A stretch of DNA of 64,000 nt from Mobula birostris (taxonomy: Eukaryota). The position numbers and the translations under genes were made by a program. Positions 22,058-34,699 of the stretch are shown piece after piece. The DNA lies in the NCBI RefSeq assembly GCF_030028105.1, contig NC_092382.1, positions 100,890,699 through 100,954,698 on the forward strand. The letters run 5' to 3'. Position 1 is the stretch's first letter; each line of letters opens with the position of its first letter. The notes beneath the pieces were generated by a model. That model made no database searches. It worked only from the letters and a program-made list of their open reading frames with translations, and had not been told where the DNA came from.

Positions 22058-24669
22058 CCGGAGACTTTCAGGTCTTTAGTGGGTAGTAAACTCCACCAGC
22101 TCCCTCATGAACAGTAGCACCTCCCCCCCCCCCCCCCCCCCCCCACCAGCATCAAGGACATCTTCAACAGGGGAAATCTCAGTAAGGGAGCATCAGTCAT
22201 TGTCGACCCCCAACACCCAGGACTTGCCCTGTCCTTATTACTACCATCAAGGGGGAGGTGAGGGAGACTGGGGACCCACACTCAACGATTCGGGAACAGC
22301 TTCTCCCCCTCCCCCATCAGATTTCTGATCGGCACATGAACCCATGAATATCACCTCAGTGTTTGTTTTCTTTCCTCCCCTGTTTGTCCCACATTCTGCG
22401 TGCTTTCCCTGTGTGTGTGTGTCTGTGTATGTGTAATACAATCTGCCTGTTTAACTGTATATCTGTTTGTTTATCTAACTATTTCTCTCTTTCCGTATTA
22501 GTCTATTTATTTATTTATGTATCTGCTACTTATCATTTGCTTCTTTGTTTATCTGCGCAGTCGTCTATTTATTGATTTATTTTCGCGCTTATTTATATTT
22601 ACTGTAAATTATAATATATTTGATCTATTGCACCGGAGAGCTGTCAGAACAACAACAAATCTCACGACACATTCCAGTGATGATAACCGGGATTCCGGTT
22701 CCGATAAAGATCCGCCATCCCTGCCTTGAGATTGGCGGCCTAGTCGCCTGGAGACCAGGAGCAGGAGTTGCAGGAGGAGCTGAAGGTGATACGAACCTGG
22801 AGCGTCGTATCGGCTCAGAGGAGCTGTTAATACTAGTCGATGCGGTTGCTCACGGGCTGGGGGTCGAAGGTTTTATGCCATGGATCAATACCATGAAGCA
22901 AGGGGTCCGTGGACCCGGGCTGGGAGTCACAGATCTAGCCTCAATATTGCCGATTAGGCGATTATTTTGGGCTCTTGTGCGTTTCCAACACCAGCATCAG
23001 AAATGTTCGGTCACGCCAGCCTTTGGACATCGGAGTAGGAACATCATGTTTCAATTATATGCGTGGTTAATAAGGCGCCACTTGGAGTGATGTGTATTTC
23101 TTGGCACCTTGTGGTGGGAAAACTGGATTAAACAAGAGAGACTGCAGGACTACTTAATATTGATGACAGGTGCTCCGTCGGTCGGGTGGACGATGGCAGG
23201 GTGCGGGATTCCAAAGCTACAGGGAGAGGCAGAAGCTCAGGGTGAGAGGGAAAACATATAAAGGGACCCGAGAAGGTGACGAGCCTATGGAAATATTTGC
23301 TGGAGCAAGAGGTTGAGGTGAGGTAGTGTGATAGTAACTTTGAATGATTACTTCGATAAGACGTTATGGGGAGAGGCACTGAAATCAGGAACCTGGGATA
23401 CGCTAGGTGGTGACGTGGTCGGCAAGGCTGTGCAGGTATGGGTGCTGCACGATGACGCCTGCGGGGGAGTTCAGAGATCAGTTTACATTTGCTTTATCCA
23501 TCCGGCCAGCAGAGGGCGCTGTAACACCATACGACAAGCAACCAAGCTGATCCATCGCTCCTAAAAGGGGAATCCGATTGGTTCCTTATCCACTGGGTTC
23601 TTCTTCCTCCACATATTATGTCCTTCTACCCACAATATCGGCAACTTTAAAGACCACATCCAAAAATCACCAATCCTCATCTGCATTTATAGATTCACTT
23701 AGATATGCAGCAGTGCCCCAGGAAAGTGGTATCAATCGCTGAGAACTTGGGACATATCCGCTTCTCCTTACTACCATCGCAGCGGAGGTACAGGAGCCTG
23801 AACACACACATTCAAATACTAATCGACAGCATCTGCCCCTCCGTTATCAGATTTATGAAGGGCCCACGATCCCAGAACATCATCTCACTGTTTCCAATTT
23901 GCATGACTGATTTATTTTTACGAATTGCATTGTACTACTGCCAGAAAACAAACTTCACCACATCCCTCGTGATATTAACCGTGATTCATATTCTGTCTCT
24001 CTCTCTCTCTCTTTCTCTTTCTCATTCCCTCTCTCTCTTTCTTTGTCTCTTTGCCCGTCCGTACGCCTGTCTGTCTCTCTGTCGCTCTCTGTATCTGTCA
24101 ATCACTATTTCTCCTCTCTGCTCTCAGTCAGCGATCATCTTATTCCAGTCCGAAATAGGCCATCCAACACAACTCGTTGTTGCCGACTAAACTGTCTATC
24201 GCATATACGTGCATTTCCCCATGTGTCGTCGTCCTCCACTCTGTGGGCCGCTCAAAGCAATTTGAAACGTCGTGTTTGTAACTGCTGTTGCCAACTGCAG
24301 AGAACGACGACATTTTGTGTGAAAAGCATGGCCCTCATCCTTACCTTAAACTCGTGCCCTCCCATAATCCTGTGATAAACCTGCCGCTACCTACCCTGTC
24401 TATGCCTGCTCGTGATTTTACGAGAGCATAATTTTAAGGTACTTTAAAGGAAGTATAAAAGAGATGTCAGAAGCAGATTTTCTTTGCACACCGAGTGGTG
24501 GGTGCGTGCCCGAATATGAGAAGTTAGGAGGCGAGTTACAAGCCACGGGATTCATTGTCTCAGGAATCATAAACCTGCTTCAGATGCTACTTTGTGTTCA
24601 AGGTCACACGAGTCCAGTTTCAGGACGCTGCAATGCTCCACGGTATTGATGGTGAAGATGGTGTCCAGT

Positions 24670-24673
<4 letters not shown>

Positions 24674-24702
<29 letters not shown>
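24674..24702. repeat. (GT)n microsatellite
   Basis: Pure GT run. Others near 17460, 35810, 42320, 42735, 50625, 53980, 60045, and (CA)n at 62670 and 63730. Confidence 0.9.
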
Positions 24703-24706
<4 letters not shown>

Positions 24707-25129
24707 TTGATTTTCCCTTGTTGGATGTCATGATTCCTGTCACTTGCGTGACGTCATAGAGGTCCTGACCCTGTTCCGTGTCAATGACGTCATTGTCTCA
24801 GGAGTGATAACAATGGACGAACAACCACCGACATCCCTGAGAATCCTTGAATAGTGACAACTGTCCGACAGACGCAAACGACACATCTCAGTCCAGGACA
24901 GTGATCCACACACTCTCGTGGTCAGACACGCAATCTGACCCCTCCGCACCGTTCCTGCACACGCTCCCGCAAAGTGAATCTCCTTCCACAGGTTCCATCA
25001 GACACTTCTGGCGTCAGAAATACAATGAAAACATCCCTCTAAAACATTTCTATCCATGCCCCCGCCCAAGGGTATTCTGCGCGTTGTTATTGTACCTGTC
25101 TAAATTACTTCGTTGTTATTGCCTCGGCT

Positions 25130-25615
25130 GCACTCTTAAATCTCTTCCCTATCTCAAAACCGTGCTCTCTAGTTCCTGATTTCCGACACACCCGACCCGG
25201 GTACGGGCGTATTAACCCTATCTGAGACCCTCCTGGTTTTATACATCTGTGTAAGATCAACCCTGGCCCCGATCTCTCTCCATAATTTAGTCCTTCGAGA
25301 CCAGGCTGCGTCCTCGTAAATCTCCCTCTGCACTCTTTCCAGCTCAGTAGCACCATTCCCTACGGCAGGGCGACCAAACATGAACACCGTACTCCAGGTG
25401 CGGCCTCACCGACGTCTCGTACAACTGCAAGGTGACCTCCCGACTCCTGTACACAGTGCCCTGACTGACGAGGGTCTGCGTGTAAAATGCTTTCTTCGCC
25501 GCCCTGTCTGCTTGTGGCTCCACTTTCCTTGAACCGTTTATCTCTACTCCATGGTCCATCTGTTCTACAGCTCTTCCCAGTTCTCCAACATTCACGGTGA
25601 AAATCATATCCCGTT
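25130..25615 (-). mobile_element. Degenerate CR1 fragment in the V downstream flank
   Basis: LQLYETSVRPHLEYGVHVWSP. Paralogous copies at about 33590-34200, 40300-40625 and 48520-49130. Confidence 0.75.
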
Positions 25616-26086
25616 CTACCTTCCCAAAACCTCAGCCCTTTTCTCCAGCTTCTGTTCTTCTGTCCGGCCCTGTAATTGATGTTCACTTCGATGAAACCGT
25701 GTCAGTCTGTTTTTGTAATGTACAAAATGTTTGCGAATATGTGGGAAAACCGGAAGAAGCCCACAAGGTCAAGGCGGAAATGAATGCGAGCGCTATAATA
25801 TCATCCCGTTATCCGCTACGCTCCTTTACCGTCCCGCACCGTACTCTTCACTACTCCCATGTGAGGATCCGTTTCCTCAATTCACTGCCTCCTCATTTGG
25901 CAACAGCTCGATAGGTCGTTTTCATCCTCGCACCCCGAGTTAATCTGGAACGATCCCACTGCTTCTCAGTGTCACCTGCAGACTTGCTAATGATGCCTTG
26001 CACGTGTTTTTCAGCAATCTTGTGCGTGTTCAGTGCAATGCAGATCAATGGTTCTCACACATCACCTGCTTCCTGTCGCCTGCGAA

Positions 26087-26125
26087 GGTTTTTGTCGGGC
26101 CCCGGCTTGTCTCTGAGCCACTGTG
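26087..26125 (-). other. Perfect 23-RSS of V9
   Basis: CACAGTG-23-ACAAAAACC. Confidence 0.95.
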
Positions 26126-27403
26126 AGGACTCCAGGCGCAGTAGTAGACGGCCGACTGGTCCGGGCGCAGGCTGGTGGAGTTGAGAATGAACGTGTTTGC
26201 ATCGGGTCTCCGGGCGATGAAGCCCTCCACAGCCTCCTCCGGAATTACGACTTTGGTAAACGTGGAATGAAACAGGTACTGAATCTCCCTACCCGGATAC
26301 TGTCGGTACCAGTAGAGATAATTGCTAGCGCTACCGCCGTCCAGGATGCATTTCAGCTCCACGCTCTCGCCGGGAGATTTGGAGACAGCCGGCGTGTCCT
26401 GGCGAACGGACTGCGACGTCGCTCCTGGGGAGGGGAACGCGATGTGGATGGAGTGAAAAGAACAGAAAGACACGTGTAGGTGGGATCTATGGTTAAAGGG
26501 AAAGACGGGGTGTAGGGGAAAACGAACGAGGCGATCAGTTTGGGCAGATTTCGAGGAATTCGGTCAGTGGTAAACAACGCGAAAGAATATGTTACAAATA
26601 GCAATATATACGTACTCGAAAGCATAAAATATTAATATGACAATTATTTCTAAGTTCCTTGACTCATTCGGTATCCAAACGGCAGGTCCTGAATTACTGC
26701 AGTTCAGCAACACCGGGACCATCTTGATCATTTTACACTGAAACAGAACTGGTTTGTTTTTCAGTGGTGAATAGTTTAGATTGACATCATTCTTCCCCGT
26801 GAATGTTGCTTGTCTGGTGTTCTGGGCCTTTGATGCTGCCGCCGGCAAGTTGGTCAAACACGATAAACTCGACATTAACTTTGAAATCGCCATGGGAACG
26901 ACCCCTTCGGCCGAACCCGTTCATGTCGTCACTGTTTACAACCGAGACCGTCCCAGATGACGGTGACCGGCCAATAACCCTGTGAACCTCACCGATCGAT
27001 GCATTTCTGAACAAGTAGATGAAGTTTAAAAGTTGTTAATATGGCCGACTTTCTTTCTGCTTGCTGGTTCCCAGTAACAATCAACCTCAGGTGTCCGCTT
27101 TCAGTCTGTCGCCTTCCAGCATAAACCGGTGCCGTCCCGATTGAAGCGCCCGTTACCATCCCGTTCTAACTCCATGCCCTTAACTTCGAATTTCCCGGGA
27201 ATGAAATCCTAGTCGACGCAACCTCCCCTTGTCTCTCTGAGCGCAGATGCTGGGAACTTCAGAGAAAATCTTTTCTGCACACGTTCTAGTTTAGTATCTT
27301 TCCCATAACAATGATCAAACCTGAATAAAGACTGAAGATTAATTATTGAGTTAGATTATTTCTTACGTTGAAGCAACGGCGCCAGGACTAGTAACAGCAA
27401 CAT
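26126..27403 (-). CDS. TRBV: V9, family C TCR V segment, apparently functional
   Basis: Leader 27403-27367 MLLLLVLAPLLQ + GTAAGA; V exon 26424-26126 open: ATSQSVRQDTPAVSKSPGESVELKCILDGGSASNYLYWYRQYPG..SAVYYCAWSP. Confidence 0.9.
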
Positions 27404-29187
27404 CCTCTCTCCGGAATCCCTCTCTGTGTTGTGCGAGGCAGCGACTGGGGAGAAACGCGTCGTCTATGCGCCGCCCCCTCCGGGCAATTTGCTGCCTGCA
27501 GTCACCGTCTGGTGTGGAGGGGCCAATCGGCAGTATCGGAAAATGCTGAAGAGGTGGGTCTCTGCTCGAAATATCGATTGTCTGTTCATTTCCATATCCG
27601 CGCCCTGACCTGCTCAGTTCCTACAACATTTGATGTTTGTTGTTGCGGATTTCCGACATCAGCAGAGATGCCGGTGTTTAGACAGCAGTAAACTCAATCA
27701 GCTCCATCAGCAGCAATAGCCTCTCCAGCATGGAGGGCATCTTCAATGGGCGAACCCCCAACAAGGCAGCATCCATCACTAGCGAACCAAACACCAACGA
27801 CATGCCCTCTACGCAGTACTGCCATCGAGTGGGAGGTACAGCGGAGAAAACTTGTAAATGTAGGGCGATATAGTTCATCTCGGGCTGGCGTTCCATCGTT
27901 ATGTTTTACGCCCTTGGCCAATTCCGTGAAGCAAGAGGTCCGTGACCTGGGTCTAGGATTAATATTGCTGATTAGGGACTTGTCTGGGCTGATCTGCATA
28001 TCCAAATCCAGGAGCAGAACTGTTCAGTCAGTCCGGACTTTAAAACAAAGAGTTGAAACATGATGTTGCACTTATTTAAGTCGTTGATGTGTCTTTTTGT
28101 TACCTCTTTAGGAAAACGAGATTAATGACCAGAGAGTGCAGGGGAGATGTCGCATGCACTCAGGGTCCGCATTTCCCGGAAGACGACAGCATCCTGGAAA
28201 TGAGGAGCTTCCATATAGAAATTCTTATCCTTTTGTCACAATGTTATGGGAAAACGGGATTGAACTAGAGAGAGAGCAGAAAATAGATTGTCCGGACCCT
28301 CAGTTACACGGACACGTATGCAGGCTGGGTCCTTTTCCCTTGACGTCTCATAGAGTGACTGGTGACTGGACAGAAATGGGTCATAATTACGAGCGGCGCA
28401 GCGCAGATCAGGTTGACGAGGGCAGTCTTACTTTTTCTGCAGTGTCGAGGACTCCGAAGTTGGAGGGAGTGTCAGAGGTACAGGGTGAAAGGGCAAACAT
28501 TTAAAAGTGACCCGACACGACTGTAGAGAATGATTTTCCATAGAGAGAGTTGGAGGCAGTGCACGGATAACTTTGAGTAACCACTTCGATAGGTACATGG
28601 AGGAGAGGGACATTGAAAGCAGGAAATTGCGATCTGCGAGATAGACACGTGGTCGGTACTGCACTGCACTTTGACCCTGGGGGCGACGTTCAGAGATCAG
28701 CATTCATTTGTTTGATCCCTCCGGTCAGCAGAGGGCGCTACATCACCATCCGCCAACCAATGAAGCTGAACCATCGCTTCTAAAAGGGGAATCCGATTTT
28801 CTGTTTATCCAGAGAGTTCCTCTCCCTCCGCATATCACGTCCTTCTGCTCACAATATCGCAGTCCGTCTAGATCACGTCTAAAAATCGCCAAACCTCATC
28901 AGCATTTAGAGATTCACACAGCACTGCAGCGGTGCCTGTACCTCAGCAAAGCGGCTTCCGTCACTCGGGGCCCGTCCTCTTCACCTTATCAACATCGCAG
29001 AGAGGTACAGGAGCTTGAAGACGCAGATTGAAATATTCAGGAAAAGAATTTGCCCCTCTATTATCTGATTTCTGAAGGGTATATGAACGCAGAACACCCT
29101 GTCACTGTTCCGAATTTGGAAACAGGATTGATATTCTATCTTTCTATATCTCGCTGCCTCCCTCTCTCTCTCTATGTAACAATCTAA

Positions 29188-29218
<31 letters not shown>

Positions 29219-29903
29219 TCCCTCCCTCCCTCTCTTTCTGTGTCACCTTTCACCAATTCACCTGTGTGCTGATGCAACGACAATCTGGCTGCCGCTTACC
29301 TTTTTCATGTGAAAGTGATACATGAACATCAGGCGAATACAGCCAACCCTTAATATTTGCACCATTTCCGGAGTCCACCACAAACAAGTGTGCACTCCGC
29401 GATGCAATGCGCTGACCCAACAGTATAGACCCCATCCTTGATTTGTCAATGGGGGGTGGTGGAAAGGCAGAGAACAAGTGAGAGATAAATCACGATGTAA
29501 GGGCGATCTGAGCTGCCAAGTGGGGTACAGCTTCCAATTTCTGGAGTTGGAGAGAAGAGCGTCAAGTCCGCTTGGCAATTTCCGACGACTGAACGAACAA
29601 TTCATTTCTCAAATGCGTCACCGGTACCGAGCGGCGAACAGACACACGGAGCGCCACCTTTCTAGAGCGATCTCACGCCCATTCGCATTCTCCGCAGATC
29701 ATTGGACGACGGCGAGCCAATCACACCCCGCGTTTGCTGACATTGTCCGCACTTGGCCACAGCCCACATCCTGTGTCGATCGGGTGGGGGCTGGACTGAG
29801 AGCTCATCCAGCTCACTGACTCCACGATTCTCCTAGTCCACTGAGAACAGACACTGAGAAAAGAACCCACGTCGGGCGCACACGCGGCAGCCAAATCGCC
29901 AAA

Positions 29904-30609
29904 ATGATATTCCTCGCCCTTTTTCTGGGTTTTATTTTCGACTGCACCGGCAAGTAAATTTTACCTCGAATACTTAACCTTTCAGCCAAGGATATCTTGA
30001 AATCCACAACTGTTTAAGAATTACATATCTATCCAGCTCCATTGCCGCCTGAATATTTCGTCTTATCAGTACAGTAAAATGCTTATTTGCTTCAAGTGTA
30101 CTTTGGGAAATGAATATTGCGTTGGCCAGAATACATCTACCGCTAGGCAGGAGCTAGCAAGTGGTCGCGGACCGAATACAAAACTGGCCCTCTTGTGTGT
30201 AATCGTCCCTCTGCTTTCCTTCACTCACCTCTCGTTAACCATTTCTTCTCTCCTCTGTCTCCGGCTCCGCTTCCTCTCTGACCGTTGTCTTCTCCCTGTC
30301 TTTGGGCCACAGGTGAATTCGCAGAAGATCCATCAGACTCCGCAGGCTGTCTCCGCGCCTCCAGGGAAGGATGTTCAACTGAGCCGCACGCTATCCGGAG
30401 GCAGTAGCGATCCTGACATGCACTGGTATCGTCAATACACGGGAGAGGCTCCACAGTACCTGTTCCACTCTGTTGGCACGAACGTAGTAACTCCCGACAA
30501 AGCCGTGGATAGATTCATCGCCAAGTGGCCTGAGGAAAAGACCCTCATTTTGATAACCGACAATCTTTGGGCCAAGCAATCTGCCCTGTACCTCTGCGCC
30601 TGGAGTCGG
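29904..30609 (+). pseudogene. TRBV: V10, family A V pseudogene
   Basis: Leader 29904-29949 with GCAAGT donor; acceptor AG->AC at 30309-30310; first Cys->Arg (CGC 30385-30387); degenerate heptamer. Confidence 0.88.
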
Positions 30610-30648
30610 CACGGGGACTGAGAGAAATCGGCCGACGCGACAAAAACC
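30610..30648 (+). other. Defective 23-RSS of V10
   Basis: CACGGGG-23-ACAAAAACC. Confidence 0.85.
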
Positions 30649-32849
30649 TCCACCGTCGACAACGTGGGGAGAGCCGGCAATGTTGTTTGCGGCTGCGGTC
30701 AAGTCACGAGCAAAAACCGTATGGTTGCCCGCAGAGGAACTTACGAAATGGAACAGTACAGGAAATTGTGTAAATTAATCTAAGCCCATCAACATCGCAG
30801 TATGTGCAAGTAACCGGGCACTACTGCGAGATACATTTTCTTGCAGACTCTCACAAAGGAATAGAATAGAATCGACGAAAAATGACATACAACGACTGGC
30901 AAGACCATATGAGTTGTAAGGGAGTCGGTAAGTTTTGGACCCAGTCGGTGTTCAGGTGAGTGATGTTTTCTCCAATGGTTCTGCAACCGGATGGTTGAAG
31001 GGTAATAACTATTCCTGAACGTGCTGGTGTGGGAAACAACGCTCCTGCATCTCAAGCCCGATGGTAGTAGCGAGAAGAGAGCATTGCCCGTGAGGGAGGG
31101 GACTCTGAATGATGGACGCTGTTTTCTTATGTATCCGTCTTCAGTCAGTTGGAGACCAGCCAGGCAGGTCACGTGGGGCTGCGTCTCGTGACGTAAATAC
31201 GTTATGCAAATTTATGAGGTGTAGGCAAACGATAGAGAGTCTGAATGTGTTTATTGCGACCGTAAGGATATCGAAAACAAAGGGCGTGTGTTTGAGCTGA
31301 GAAGAGGGAGTTTTGAATGGGAATCTGAGGGTTTTGTTTGCGCAGGGGATAGAAAGTCTGTGCAATTTGCTGATAGAGGTGATAATTAAATCAGATACAC
31401 TGACTACGTTTCTGGGGAGATGTGAACAAATGGGATTCGTGCGAAGGAATAGAAAGACCGTTACGCTGTGATCACCTGGGTGAACTCCAGCCACGCTCTC
31501 CCGATTCCCCGGGCACAGGGAGAGTGTCAGCGACTTCTCACGTACGCAGGCACCGCCGGGTGTGAGGTTCAGACCCGGGTCGCCGGCGTAGAGAGACCGG
31601 TCCGGGGCGACGTGAAGACCGGCCAACGGGAAAGAGGGGAATGGAGCCGAGAAGTAATAAACCGACGGGTCCTGCATGTAAAAGGCCACAAGGCAAGCAG
31701 ACATAAGATCAAAGGCCATTCGGCCAATCCAGTCTGTTCCACCGTTCCAACAGGAGTGATTTACTTCCCTCTCAACCCCGTTCCTCTGCCTTCTCCCCAT
31801 AAACTTTGATGCCCTAACTAAGAACCTATCAAATTCCACCATAGATATATTCCATTACGACATCCACAGCCGTCTGGAGGCAAAGAATTCCACAGATCCA
31901 TTACCCTCTCGTTAAATGAAACCCGCTTCATCTACATCCCGCAGGGACGTCCCTCCATTGTGAGGCTGTGCCCTCTGATCCTAGACTCCGACATGATGGG
32001 AGAGTTCCTCTTCAGGTCCTCTCTACCTCGGCCTTTCAATATTAGATAGATTTAAATTAGATCCCACCTCATTCAAACAACCACAAGCGAGTCCAGACCC
32101 AGAGCCATCAAAGGTCGGGAGGTTATGTTGCATCCCCGTGAATTATTTGGTCTCTCCTGAGACGAGATCTGAAGGATTATTCAATATGGACGGTTCATTT
32201 AAGAAGGGAGAGAGAGCGGAGAGCGCGCGTGAGTGAAAGAGCAACAGAAACCTGTGAGTTGCCTTGGAAACGGCAAGGCGGAGCTACATGATGGACAGCC
32301 GGTGTTCAGCTGCGGTGGAATATATACAAGGTGAACTGGCTTTGTAATCAGACACACCAGAGACCCGGAAGACACTGACACTGGTTGGGTTTGTGTGCCG
32401 ACGACAAAGGTCGGGATTTTGCTCACAGTGTGGACAAAGGGGTGACCGGTGGAAAGCGATCGGTGTGTTTAACCCTCGCCTGGGTTGATAGCTGTACCGG
32501 GTGAAAACGGTATTCTCTTCTGTGTAGTCACAGTCGGTGACTTTAAGAAGTTTCGGGAGCAGGAGGACGAAGTGGAAGATTCGACGGCATCGTCTCTGGG
32601 AATACAAAACATCTCTCTCTCCACTCTACTCAATTCAATATCCAGAACTGAACTGACTTTGCCTATACCATCGTAAGACCGTATCATTGCTCACCTGAGC
32701 TGGGAGAAGTTAGGGAACTTTATTTACATACTTATGTATGCAAACACTCTGCTAACCTGTTTGCCTTGTCTGGTTTTATATTACCTTATCACGTAATGAT
32801 TAATAAGATAGTGTCTATAACGAGAGACTCAGACTCCAGGTGGGTTCAT

Positions 32850-33150
32850 CTCGCAGCGCGCACGGTTGATAAGATCCCAACATCCCATGTCTCCTGTGCA
32901 TCTGACATTCCTGCGTCACGGCGGGGGAAGATAAGGACTGTTTCACCGTCGACAAGGCGTAGCTGGAGCTAGAAAATGACGTTTGTTGTGGCGATTACGT
33001 CACACGTAGAATTCGCACGCTCGGCCACGGAGGAACGTACAAGATGGAACAGTACAATGCAGAAAATGATGGGCTACGTCTGTACTGCAGGAATCCGGGA
33101 CCCTAAAATCGGGATGTGGTCGAGAACTCTCAGCAGACCTGATGACATCT
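32850..33150 (+). pseudogene. Empty family A cassette: distal promoter joined to post-RSS flank (second copy about 47780-48080)
   Basis: TCTCCTGTGCATCTGAC..TCACGGCGG..GATAAG (V5/V2 upstream) abuts ACCGTCGACAAGG..AAATGACGTTTG (V14/V18 post-nonamer) at about 32945. Confidence 0.7.
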
Positions 33151-34660
33151 GAGAAGGGATCCCTGGGCCTAGCTGGGGAGGAACAAAGTGTCCCCAGGAT
33201 GTACCCGTTTCTCCCATTTCTGTTGGCCTCTCGTTCCATATACTTGCCAGCACCTGCGTTAAAAATGGCCCCTTCAGACCCTTTTTGGGTCGCTCCCATC
33301 TCATAGTGAACCGATGCGTTGTAATGTATTATTTCCTTAGCATTCACTGTCCCTGTGCATCTCAAGATTTTTTTCATGCGTCTTTCGAGTTATCAGTATC
33401 GAGTTTACAATTCCGCAATCGATAGAGTTCTATATCACCACCTCTCCAATTAACTTAGTCCGTCGAGTCCTGGCACCTTCCTGCTAAAACATTCTTCCGG
33501 GTTTTCCAGCTGAATGACGTATTTCCTGTTGCAGGTTAGCCGGAAGTGCACAGAGATTCCAGGTACAAGATCATTAAAGTCTTGTAAGGTTGAAGTGAAT
33601 TTATCTCTGTCTCTTTGAACTGCGTCCTTGAGGCCGCCTCAATACCCTCCTCTGCAAGTCGTTCCATACACGGACCACTCTCCAGGAGAAAAGATGTCTC
33701 GGCTCCACTCTTGAATCTCTTCCCTATCTCAAAACTGTGCTCTCTAGTTCTTGATTTCCGACGCATCCTACCCGAGTACGGCGGCACATTCACCCTATCT
33801 CAGACGCTTCTGGTTTTATACACCTGTGTAAGATCAAACGTGGCCCAATCCTTTTCCATAACGTAGTCCTTCGAGACCAGGCAGCATTCTCGTAAATCTC
33901 CCTCTGCACTCTTTCCGGCTCAGTGGCATCTTTCCCTACAGCAGGACGACCAAACATGAACACCGTCCTCCAAGTGCGGCCTCACCGACGTCTTGTACAA
34001 CTGCAAATTGACCTCCCGACTCTCGTACTCAGTGCCTTGACTGACGAGGGACTGCGTGTCAAATGCTTTCCTCGTCGACCTGTCTGCATGTGACTCCACT
34101 TTCCTAGAAGCATTTACCTCTGCTCCATGGTCCCTCTGTTCTACAACGCTAGCCAGTTCTCCAACATTCACGGTGAAAATCATATCCCGTTCTAACTTCC
34201 CAAAACCTCTGCGTGTGTCTCCAGCTTCTCTTGTTCTGTCCGGCCCAAGAATTGATGTTCACTTTGATTAAACCGTCTCAGTCAGTCTTTGTAATGCGCG
34301 AAGGTTTGCGAATACGTGGGAAAACCGGAGAAGGCCGACAAGGTCACGGCGGAAATGAATGCGAGCGCGTTAATATCCTCACGTTACCCGCTACGCTCCT
34401 CTACCGTGCCGCCCCGCACTCGTCACCGCTCCCATGTGAGGATCCGTTTCCTCAATTCACTGTCTCGTCATTTGGCAACAGCTCGATAGGTCGTTTTCAT
34501 CCTCGCACCTCGAGTTATCTGGAACGATACCACTGTTTCTCAGTGTCACCGGCAGACTTGCTAATGATGCCTTGCACGTGTTTTTCAACAATCTTGTGCG
34601 TGTTCAGTGCAATTCAGATCAATGGTTCTCACACATCACCTGCTTGCTGTCTCCTGCGAA

Positions 34661-34699
34661 GGTTTTTGTCGGGCCCCGGCGTGTCTCTGAGCCACTGTG
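34661..34699 (-). other. Perfect 23-RSS of V11
   Basis: CACAGTG-23-ACAAAAACC. Confidence 0.95.

Noticed and set aside
24990-25075. Possible exon after the acceptor-like CTCCTTCCACAG (GSIRHFWRQKYNENIPLKHFYPC)
   Set aside because: No recognisable domain, partner exon or paralogue; it cannot be supported from sequence alone.
32424-32430. Isolated CACAGTG (also 47354-47360) as a D-segment RSS
   Set aside because: No nonamer at 12 or 23 bp on either side.
32930-32960. Empty cassette as a RAG-made germline signal joint
   Set aside because: A RAG product would break at the heptamer; here the whole RSS is gone and the junction lies beyond the nonamer.
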